Source of the DNA: Vitrella brassicaformis CCMP3155
Taxonomy: Eukaryota; Protista; Chromerida
Length of the DNA: 64,000 nt
Direction of reading: 5' to 3'
NCBI GenBank assembly: GCA_001179505.1
Contig: CDMY01000938.1
Location: forward strand, 1 to 64,000
Shown here: piece by piece, positions 53,945 through 64,000 of the stretch
Layout of the letters: each line of letters opens with the position of its first letter
Numbering within the stretch: the first letter of the stretch is position 1
The notes under the pieces: generated by a model
What the model saw: the letters and a program-made list of their open reading frames with translations, nothing else
Databases searched by the model: none
What the model was told of the DNA's origin: nothing
Program-made: the position numbers and the translations under genes

Positions 53945-56287
53945 TCACGCTCCGCCAAGCCTGTATGCCTCCAGCTCGGCAAGCTCGAATTGCCAACCCT
54001 TGATCGACACAGGGTACCAAAACGGGTAATCTCTGTGGTCGCCAGAACAGTAATAGTCCCAGGAATGGACGCTAGGGCGGTCCCACTGATGCCAGTCGGC
54101 GGGCTCGCACTTGTGCGTGGTGTTGCCCTGGCAGCTCTTGAGCGTTTCGTCACTTGCTGGCGGCGCGGTCTGCCATTGATCGGCTCGTCGGGTGCCAAAA
54201 TCGAAGGTGCCTGCCGCGCGCAGGACGGCTGACAGGTCTCTGGTATAACGATCGCGTTCGCGATTCTCAGGAGCCCGGGGGTCAAAGATGTCCTCCACCA
54301 CGACCTTCTCTTGTACAGACACACATCAGGACGCATTATCATGGCTGCCTTGCTCATGCCTGCAACTCACCTGTGTGCCCGCGATGTTTAGCTTGTCGGC
54401 CCAGCCCAGCGCGCCCACGTATGGGTGGCTCTCGGTGCCCTGCAGCTTGAAGGCGTGTGATTTGATGCCGGGGCGGCTCGCGGCCGGCCCCGTGACCTCG
54501 ATGGGCCCCTCGATGAGGCTGGCGAAGAGCTCATTGCTGTCGGCCACTTTGAAGATGATCAGCAGAGGGGAGTGGCCCTTGACGGCATAGAGCAAATGCA
54601 ACCACCTCCAGCCATCCATAGTCGCCCTGCCACGACACACACACACATCAAGACACATGGGCATGATGCTCACGACTGTCTGGCCTGCCCTTCTCACTTG
54701 TATATGCGGATGACCGGCTCGCCCACACACGGAGGGATGGCGGGGGCCTCAGAGTACTTCTCACACCACTGCCGCATCTTCTGCAGGTGCTCATTCTCGA
54801 GAAGACCGTCGACGGGACCCATGTATCGAACGTCATGCAAACCGTACCTGACACACACACACACACACACCAATCCTCGAATGAAATTGTCCACGTCTTC
54901 TCGATGCCCTACATGGTGAGTGCGTGTCGGAATCCTTTGATGTCGGACTCGCCCACCGCCCTCTGCACATCGAGGGCTTTGACAGTCGTCCGCTTCATAA
55001 ATGCCCGCGCCACCACATTGACCACCCGCTGCACGTATTCTGGAGCCACATCGACGGTCAGGGGGTCATACCTGACACGACAAAGAACCACAAGCGATAT
55101 GGAACTAATTGGCTGAGTGTGTCGGATCGTTGCGAACTTGAGGAAACGATTCGCGAATGTGGAGTCGTCACCCAGCGAAGTGGCGACTGCCTTGGTCACC
55201 GTCACGGCAGACCCCGACACGTCAATCGACACCAACTGACATCGCAAAGCAAAAAGACATACACATTACGAGGGACACACATGAGCAATGACCCCTTCTC
55301 CCAGCCACCTTTCTCCCCTTTTATCGTCGGCTTACCGAATCCTCCTCCGCGTTGCCCGACTTGAGCAGCGGTCTGATGGCCTCGAGGCGCTCCAACTGGG
55401 CGGCCATGTCATCAAACGCCAAGGGGATGAGCATGCGGATGGCATTGACCAGCCCCTGCAGCAGCTGCTGCGGCTGCGGCTGCGGCTGCGGCTGGTGGTG
55501 GGCGGGTGGGGGTGGGTGCTGATAGGGTTGTGGGGCCGGCTGGGGTTGGTTGTGGCCCTGTGAGGGTGGGGGTGGTGCAGTGTAGTTGGCGCGCCTCTTT
55601 GTGGAGGGAATGTACATGAGCAGCTCGACCCAATACCTGAAACGCACAACCAGAGAAGCGACGTGTGTGGCCTGACACTTGCTAGTATCGTCATACGTGA
55701 AGGCCGCATCCTTCTGTTTGGACGCCGGCAGCGCCACGTTCTCGATCTGCTCGCCTTCGTACATGATGAGTTCACCCACCAACCTGAACACACACCACAT
55801 CAGCCATCTCGTGACTGTTCGTTCTTGCCGTCCTCACCACTTGAAGGCTGGTCCGTAGCACTGAATGAAGATGCGATTCTTCTCATCTCGGATAAAGGCG
55901 GCGTCAAATTTGCCACAGAACATCAGCGCCAGCACACTCCCCTTGGCCGCACACAGGGTGGACCGGCGGGCGCGGACCGTCTCGCCAGCCACGTTGAACT
56001 CCAGAACATCGCGCATCGACTCAGCCTGACAGCAAAACACACGCACAGTCTCACAGTGAGCATCTGCCCTGGTGTCTAGCTCTCGGGAGGCGTACCGAGG
56101 GGGCAGTGAGGTCGCCTGTTCCGCCCATCGCTCGATCCTTTTCTATGATGGCGTTCCGCAGCTTGATGAGCTCCTCTGTTACCCGCTGGCTGTGCTCGAT
56201 GGTGATATCGAGGAAGTTCTCCTCGCCCTCGCCGTTGGGGTGTCTGCGCTTCTGGGAAGGCTCCCGTGAACCTCCTGCCCCGATCAT
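53945..56287 (-). CDS. BTB(KCTD/T1-like)-BTB-TLDc family copy 2, apparently intact; multi-exon
   Basis: VLEFNVAGETVRARRSTLCAAKGSVLALMFCGKFDAAFIRDEKNRIF; LVSIDVSGSAVTVTKAVATSLGDDSTFANRFLK; IRIYKATMDGWRWLHLLYAVKGHSPLLIIFKV; ends PVSIKGWQFELAELEAYRLGGA*. Confidence 0.8.
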
Positions 56288-56519
56288 CCAGCTGTGCCCT
56301 CGCTCAGTGCTCGACCGCACGTCGCTGCAGCTGCCCTTCGCTTCTCTTTGCCGGCTGCCGAGTCTTTTTCGGCCGCGGGCGTGGCTGTCCTCCGGGCCGA
56401 CTCCTTTGCCTCCAAGCTGCCGACTCCTGTGTCACAGAGCAAGGGCGACCTGAGTCACTTTATTTCGACGAGCAGTTTATTTCCTCCGCGAGCTGACGAC
56501 ACAGGCGTGAGGTTTAAAG

Positions 56520-59511
56520 ATGGGCAAGAAGGGCGGAAGCAAAGGTGTGGGCAGGAAAGGTGGAGGAGGTCGGCGCAAGAAGCACAAGATGGACCTCGAG
56601 GATCTGTGGCATCAATCCAAGGCCATCAAGGACGCACACAAGGACAGGAAGACGCAGATCAGCAAGGACAAGAAGACCAAGAAGCAGAAAGCAAGCAGGG
56701 ATGAGTCTCCCAGCAGCCATGACCACGAAGCTGCTCAGCCGAGTCGGATGCATGAAGCCGAGAAAGGGGATGACGAGAGATGGCTGGAGGCTCCCCCAGG
56801 CCCTTCTGGTGCGTTCGCCTCGCTGATGGCCTCCCTGCATCTACCGACAGACGCAGGCAGGAAGGCCAAGAAACGGGAGAGAACTATCGAGGCCGAGCCG
56901 GGCGGTGGTTTGGATGACAGCCCAACATATGACGTGGTCATGGCTGAGGAGGGGGAGGGGCAAGAAGATGAGGGAGACGAGGGGCCGTCGGCTGACATCA
57001 CGTCGAGCGAGCGGGAAGCCGAGGAGCAGGCGGACCTGCTGCAGGAGGCCCCGCTGCCTGACGACGATGAGGCTGTCGATGACGATGATGACGAGCAAGA
57101 AGACGGCCCCTCGCCTGCCTCCGTTCTCGACTTCTCATCTTCCTTCGACGCTGAGCTGTCGCCATCCGACCTCTCCCAGGCATCTGCAGTGGGTGACAAG
57201 CCCACTCGTCTCCATCCACCTCACTTCGGCCCGTTCCTATACCCTCGCCCACCCCCCTCCCACCTCACCAAGCTGATGCAGACCCCGCCCCACCCGTCCC
57301 TCTCCTCGTCTGTGCATGGGATCCCCCAGCCGATACTCGAGAGCTTCCACCAGCTGTCGACCCCGGCTGGCGGCGCCGACGACACTCTTAGCGAGCAGGA
57401 CGCGGGATTCTTCCACTTCATGAACGGCTATGTCGACGTGCTGCATGCCAACCACGACCACACGACGAGCCGGTCTATACGGCAGCTCTACTGCCTGCAC
57501 GTGACCAACCACCTGTTCAAGTGCCGGCAGGGGATCCTGCGCAACAATGCGGCGCTGAGCAGGGCCGTCAAGGGGGGCGGGGAAGCGGTCGATCCGGCGG
57601 GCGAGGACCGATTTCGCGACCAGGGGTTCACTCGCCCACGTGTGCTGATTCTGGTGCCGTTCAAGAGTGTGGCCAAGGAGGTGGTCGAGACGATCCTCAA
57701 GCTTTACCCACACAAGAAGCAGGTGGGTAGAGGGGAGAGGCGAAGACGGCGGTGCATCGGTGCCGATGAGCATGTCCGTGTCCTGTGGTTTGTGCCTGCC
57801 TTCATCAGGTGATGCACCGGCATCGGTTCGAGGAGGACTTCAGCGCCGAGGATGGGGACGAGGAAGGCAAATTCTGGCAGGTACGCCGATGGCAATCTCT
57901 CTGTCTGTGCCCGGATGCATCACCTCTTTCTGTGTCTGTGTCGTCAGGACCGGCACAAGCCCCCTGACTACATCGACATCTTCAAGGGCAACCAGTCTGA
58001 CCGTTTCCGCCTCGGCATCATGTTCCTCAAGACCGGCGTGCGGCTCTACGCCCCCTTCTACTCGGCCGACATGATCGTCGCCTCGCCCCTGGGGCTGAGA
58101 CTCATCACCGGCGCACAGGTGAGATGAGAGGGGGCAGCGAGCTGACGACATTCATTCTCGGCTGTGTGTGGTGTGTGCAGGGCGAGAAGGACACTTCTCG
58201 CGAGTATGACTTTCTGTCGTCCATCGAGTTGGTGGTGATCGACCGTGCTGACGTCCTCAAACAGCAGAGCTGGGAGCACGTCGAACACGTCATGCAGGTC
58301 CGTGTGTGGCGTGTGTGGGTGTGTGCACCCCACACAATCACACACGCACACGGACTGGTGCTGGCATACATGGGTGGATCAGGCGGTCAATCTGAAGCCT
58401 AAGGCCCTTCACGACCTCGACATCCGCCGTCTGCGCCCCTCCTACGCGGCTGGACGGGCAGCCAACTACCGCCAAATGATTGTCACGTCGTAAGCACAGT
58501 CTGCCCGTCCGCTTGCTCGACTGGCCATCTCATTCATCGGGTGCGGCTGGTTTGTGTGTCCTCTGTGTTGTCAGTGATGGGATGAATGTCGAGTCGACGG
58601 CCCTCCTGGCGTCATCGTGCAACTATCGCGGCCACGTCAAGCTGCTCGTGCCGTCCACCGGACAGCCGCTCGCACGCGCAGCAGCAACAGGTACGTAAGA
58701 CAAAATGCGATCCTCTCGTGAGGCGTTCGTATCGTTTTGTTCTCTTTCCTTGGCTTGTGCAGGGGTGCGTCAGCTGTTCCAGCAGGTGCCCTGCAGCGAT
58801 GTCAACGAGGCGCCCGAGGTCAGCTGAGGCAGGATGGACAGGCATCAGCGACAGACAGACTGGATATCTCCTCCCTCCTCTCTGTGTGTCTGTCGATGCA
58901 GAGGATGCTGCATTGGCTGGAGAAGAAGGCCTACCCGACGGTGATCAGCACCCTGTCGCAGCTCATACTCGTGGTGCCCTCATACGTCGAGTTCGTCAGG
59001 TAGATCACTTGCCCACACTCGCATCACCACTGCTTGACATTACTTGACTCACATGTCTGTCTGTGTGTCTATCGATCAGTGTGCGCCAAGTGCTTCGGTC
59101 ACTGGACGCCGAGTTCTGTGCCTGCCACGAGTACTCTTCCAAGAGGGCCATATCGCGGGCGAGAGCCTTCTTCGCTCAAGGCAAGCACTACCCGAATGAC
59201 TGATCAACTGTCGTCTGCCTCTGTGTGGCTCTGTGTGGCCAGGCCGCATCAAGCTGATGGTGGTGTCGGAGCGGTGGCTCTTCTACCGCCGATATCGCCT
59301 CGCGGGCGCCGCCCACCTGCTTTTCCTCGGACCCCCCGAGCGGCCGGCCATCTACTGCGAGTTGATAGACGGCCTCAGCAACCACTCTCAGGCGCTGGTG
59401 CTGACGTACTTCACTGCGGCCGACTCGATGTCGCTGGAGCGGCTGTGTGGGCCCGTCAAGGCACGCAAGATGATCAAGGGGCCGCCACAGAAAGTGTTCG
59501 CATTCACATGA
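56520..59511 (+). CDS. UTP25: U3 snoRNP-associated protein 25 (DIEXF/DUF1253); multi-exon
   Basis: [20 protein letters not shown]; [19 protein letters not shown]; [15 protein letters not shown]; [25 protein letters not shown]; [12 protein letters not shown]. Confidence 0.93.
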
Positions 59512-59698
59512 TGTGACGTGACTGACCGTGTGACTGTGGAGGAATGGACTGTTTGCTTGGTCTGTGATCAGAATCTGTTTGAGTGATCAATGCGTGTGTG
59601 AACGTGTCAATCATCACAACGGATTGCAAATGACACTCAAAAGATCCATCCTGCCGTCGACACCCCACGCCTTGACACGCATGCACTCACAGCGAAAG

Positions 59699-59770
59699 TG
59701 TGGTATCCAGGATTCGAACCTGGGGTGTCACGGCCACAACGTGAAGTCCTAACCACTAGACTAATACCAC
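59699..59770 (-). tRNA. tRNA-His: tRNA-His (GTG)
   Basis: GTGGTATTAGTCTAGTGGTTAGGACTTCACGTTGTGGCCGTGACACCCCAGGTTCGAATCCTGGATACCACA. Perfect 7-bp acceptor stem, TCACG/CGTGA anticodon stem with a TTGTGGC loop, CCAGG-TTCGAAT-CCTGG T-arm. Confidence 0.97.
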
Positions 59771-60112
59771 TCTTGCACAATGATGGCGCCGACTGAACTA
59801 ACAAACGGGACGCCCGGCGGTGGGATTAGACCGAGCGAGATGATCCACCCGCCGTTGTGATCTGCCCAGTCGCTGGATGGTGAACAGACAGTCAAGTAAG
59901 CACGACGGCAAGGAAAGGAGCGCGAGTCAAGGAAGGGAAGGAGAGGAGGAAGGAGGAGAGGAGCACTTAATTGGATCTGGCAGGCCAGATTCGTGCATTC
60001 GTATGCCGGTGGGTGTTGTTCTTCTAGTGGCGAGGCGGGCCTGTGAGTTGTCGCCAGTAAGAAGGCAGATCCTCTTCCTCGCCATCCCGTTTCTTGTCGG
60101 TGAGATCTGACG

Positions 60113-60784
60113 ATGTCTGACTCTGAGGTGCACCAGCAGCCCAGCCGTTCCCCCTTCTCACGCGGCAGAGCACCAGCCTTTGCCCTCTCGGCCACCAAAG
60201 AGTTGGCGTACGGCATCCACCATGGCGCCCTCTCACATGACACAGCAGCCCAGCTGCTGACGCAAGAGAAGGCCGACCCCAACAGGCAGTACTACAACAG
60301 GCGCAATATTTGTTGGGCTTCCTTGCTGCATCTGGCCGCGGAGAAGTGCGTCGGAGAGGATGGTGGCGCGGGAGCAGACATGGACGGCACCAGCAGCCTT
60401 GGGCGGCTTTACATGGGCGCCACCCTGGGGCGCCACACCACTGGACTTGGTGCGAAACCGCCTGCATCGTGCAGACCCGCACTCAGCTGTCCGCCCCTCA
60501 CCATGATCGAGACCCTCCTCAGGCACGGCGCAAAGTGCGGCTACAGTGATGCGCTTGCGTCATGGAAGAGGTCTCGGCCATGGAGTGCCTGGAGGTCATC
60601 ACTCGCCTGACCACTGCCGCAGCAGCGGCACCCACACCACCCAACCTCTATGAATACTTCACTCTCAGCAAGGCATGTGGGCGCCGATTCCAAGAGGACG
60701 AGGACAAGCAATCGGATGAGCAACAGCGGCAGCACCGACCCCCACGAGGACGGGGACGAGGAGAAGCTGATAGCGGGGACGGGC
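60113..60784 (+). pseudogene. Intronless ankyrin-repeat-like gene, apparently frameshifted near 60555 and running into a gap
   Basis: ATKELAYGI..LLTQEKADPNRQYY..SLLHLAAEK..MIETLLRHGAK. This frame stops at 60610 while a protein-like frame (MEEVSAMECLEVITRL) opens at 60562. Confidence 0.45.
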
Positions 60785-61084
60785 NNNNNNNNNNNNNNNN
60801 NNNNNNNNNNNNNNNNNNNNNNNNNNNNNNNNNNNNNNNNNNNNNNNNNNNNNNNNNNNNNNNNNNNNNNNNNNNNNNNNNNNNNNNNNNNNNNNNNNNN
60901 NNNNNNNNNNNNNNNNNNNNNNNNNNNNNNNNNNNNNNNNNNNNNNNNNNNNNNNNNNNNNNNNNNNNNNNNNNNNNNNNNNNNNNNNNNNNNNNNNNNN
61001 NNNNNNNNNNNNNNNNNNNNNNNNNNNNNNNNNNNNNNNNNNNNNNNNNNNNNNNNNNNNNNNNNNNNNNNNNNNNNNNNNNNN
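60785..61084. other. Assembly gap (300 N)
   Basis: Followed by a long poly-G run. Confidence 0.99.
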
Positions 61085-61085
61085 A

Positions 61086-61117
<32 letters not shown>

Positions 61118-61962
61118 AGCCACAGGGGCGCGGAACAGGGCAGTCGTGTATGGCTAGTGAGGCAGGGAGCGAGGGCCGATGCGTTTACCCTCTCTTATGC
61201 TAACTGGGATGTCAATGTCATGTCATTCCTGCTGTTGGTGGTGTGACAGGGCATGGGTAGTAGCGGTCGTGCAGGAGGACGGCGGCATGTACGCTGACTG
61301 ATGGAGGACGACCAGTGAGTGGAGCGGGAGAGGGAGATGAATGGATGGATGGATGTATGGACGGGCCTCCCAGCAGAGACACGATTCGACTGCCCACCGG
61401 CCGTGTGTGGTGGTGGTGGGTGGGGGTGGGGATGTATTAACGAGGCGACCTCGGTCGTAACAGATAATGGGAGAGGAGGCTCCATCGACGGTGTGGAGGG
61501 CTCAGATGGTTGTGATGACCACCAGGCGGCCGAAGACGAGCCAATCAAAGTACGCAATGCATGCTCCGTGGATGCAAAACAAATGAACACACTCAGAGTG
61601 CGTTTTCGTTTGAATGGCAGCCAGCGAATGGACGATGGACGATGGACGATCTACTCACTCACATACTGCGGCCCTGCCTGCCTGCCGCCTGCCTGCCTGT
61701 GTGTGAGTGAGTAGATTCATTGCATGGTGTCGACACAAATGGATCTCTCGCCTCAGTGCCGCCGGCCGGACGGACGGACGGACGGACGGGGAGTGAATGA
61801 GCGTGATGGAACACCAGAAGAAGTGGCAGCTCAGCTTTTTCTCAGCCCATCTGTGTCACGCTGAAGTGTCTTGTCTGTGCACAGAGGTTGAGTCACATAT
61901 GCAACGCATACATCCATAGGTCACGCTGCGTGCACGACCCAGGCAGAGCATGCGAGAGCCTC

Positions 61963-64000
61963 TCACGCCAGCACGTATCCCTCCAGCTCATCCATCTCAA
62001 AGTGCCATCCCTTCACAGACACAGGCAGGAACACTACATCTTCATCCCAGTCGTGGTCGCTCGGCCTGACGCTCGGCCGCTGCCACTGCCGCCACTCGTC
62101 GGGCTGATTCTCCTCCAGCATGTGACCCTGGCACCGTTTCATGCTCTCGTCGCTGGCTTCTGCTGGCGCGCCGATCTGCTGAGCGGTCGGACGGACGCCA
62201 AAGCTGAAGGATGCGACCCAGAGGAGGGCTGTCAGCTCAGAGTCGGGCAATGAGTAATCCATGAGCTCGGTGACTCTCTCCTGCACACACATACACGGAT
62301 GGACAGGAGACAATCACCATGACTGCCTGAATGACTCATTCAGATGAGTACCCACCTGTGTGCCCGCGATGGTCATCTGGTCGCTGCAGCCGATGAAGCC
62401 CACGTGTGGGTGGCTGTCTGTCCCCCGCAGCTTGAAGGCGTGTGTTTCCGTGCCGGTGTCGCTAATGGCCGCCCCGGTGACCTCGATGGGCCCCTCGATG
62501 ATCATGGCGAAGAGCTCATTGCTGTCGGCCACTTTGGAGATGAGCACCAGGGGGGAGTGGCCCCTGACGGCATCGAAGAAATCCAACCACCTCCAACCAT
62601 CCACAGTTGCCCTGACATCACGCACACAAATCAAGACACATCGGCAGGATGCTCGGAGCTGTCTGGCCTGCCCTTCTCACTTGTATATGCGGTGGACCGG
62701 CTCGCCAACACACGGAGGGATCGGCGGGGCGTCCTCGTCTCCCTCACACCACTGCCGCATCTTGTGCAGGTGGTCAGTGGTCAGCAGCCCGTCGATGGGC
62801 CCCAAATAGCGATCGCTATCCAAACCGTACCTGCCGCCAGGCACAGACAGAAGGCCAAGGTTGCATCTTCTCTCTCTCTCGGTGGTGACCTCTCTCCTTA
62901 CATGTCGAGCACGGAGCGATAATCGGTCTCGTCGATCTCGCCGCCTTTGGCCTCATGGACGTCTTGGGCCGAGATGGCGGTGCCCTTCATGTGCGCTCGA
63001 GCCACGATGTCGACGATACGGTGCACATGCTCCACATCAAAGCCAGCGGCACGTCCATCGTGCCTGACACGCCAAAAGGGAGAGGCCAGTGGGTTGACCG
63101 CTTTGCGCGGGTGTTCTGGGTGGTGGCTCACTTAAGGAATATGTTTGCGAAGGTCGAGTCGTCGCCCAGCGAAGTGGCTACGCCCTTGGTCACCGTCACG
63201 GTGGCGCCCGACACGTCAATCGACACCAACTGACATCGCAGGGCACGAAAGGCATACACATTACAAGGGACACACACATGAGCAATGACTCCTTTCCTTT
63301 CTCCCCTTTCATCGTCGGCTTACCGAATCCTCATCCGTGTTGCCAGTCTTCAGCAGCGGTCTGATGGCCTCGAGGCGCTCCAGCTGGGCGTCCCTGGCAT
63401 CCTTGGCCCTCCTGATCATACTGACCAGCTCGACAGAGAGGGCCTCAGCATCTGCTTGCGGCTGCTGCTGCCCTCCGTCCCCCTGCTGCTGCTGCTGCTG
63501 CTGGTGGCCTTGTGTGAGTGGGGGAATCTGCACACGGTTCGCGCGCCGCTTGGTAGGGTAGCCGGGGTCCGACATCAGCAACTCAACCCAGTACCTGAAC
63601 GATACCAAACACACCACACCACACCATGGGATCCACGGCAGCACAGGCAGCCTGCCGAGTGTCAGTTGGTGTGGCCCACTCACTTGAATGGCGTATCGTT
63701 TTGCCTGGACGGTGGTATGACGATGCTGTCGGTCTGCTCGGCCACATACATATCTAACTTCCCCACCAACCTGACACACAGGATGGACACGAGCAAAGCA
63801 CACTACATCCTGAGCGTGATGGATTTTCACTTTGGCTTCTCACCACTTGAATGCGCGCGGGAACACTTGGAGTAAGATGCGATTGTTCTGATCTCGGATG
63901 AATGCTTGGTCGAAAGCGCCGCAGAAGAGCAGCGCTATGACAGACCCCTTGACCCCACACAGGGTGGACCGCCGGGCACGAAAATACTCTCCGCTGAGGC
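61963..64000 (-). CDS. BTB(KCTD/T1-like)-BTB-TLDc family copy 3; 5' end lies beyond the window
   Basis: Same exon series: YWVELLMSDP..QLERLEAIRPLLKTGNTDEDS; LVSIDVSGATVTVTKGVATSLGDDSTFANIFLK; ATVDGWRWLDFFDAVRGHSPLVLISKV; ends LPVSVKGWHFEMDELEGYVLA*. Confidence 0.8.

Noticed and set aside
61085-61115. Poly-G run as a G-quadruplex element
   Set aside because: It abuts an assembly gap, so its length and context are unreliable.
61085-61960. Possible coding exons after the poly-G run
   Set aside because: Low complexity with no consistent exon chain or motif; may be the tail or UTR of the ankyrin-like locus.

Overview
Intron-rich, gene-dense eukaryotic DNA. It most likely comes from a photosynthetic, flagellated alveolate such as the chromerid Vitrella brassicaformis; this is inferred from the CA/TG-rich ~70-130 nt introns, a plastid-type bipartite leader, cilium genes and myzozoan-type secreted coiled-coil proteins. 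About 19 protein genes or gene relics were reconstructed by joining exons by eye, so boundaries are approximate: HCF173-like, PMM, a bacterial-type S8/S53-like protease, SF3B2, CFAP57-like, a CNBD potassium channel, CCDC77-like, a GPI-anchored acidic protein, a small secreted protein, a trichocyst-matrix-like coiled-coil protein, an unknown protein, a DHHC palmitoyltransferase, eIF1A, ARP1, a YccF-domain protein, UTP25, an ankyrin-like gene and three dispersed paralogues of a BTB-BTB-TLDc family. There is also one tRNA-His(GTG) and three 300-N gaps. The most interesting signals are: (1) the BTB-BTB-TLDc family, whose copies look mosaic and include one frameshifted copy; (2) introns with AC repeats at the 5' end and complementary GT repeats at the 3' end; (3) a gene-family 5' fragment that ends in degenerate telomere-like repeats; (4) a 61-bp inverted-repeat element enclosing a minisatellite; (5) the intron-containing bacterial-type protease.
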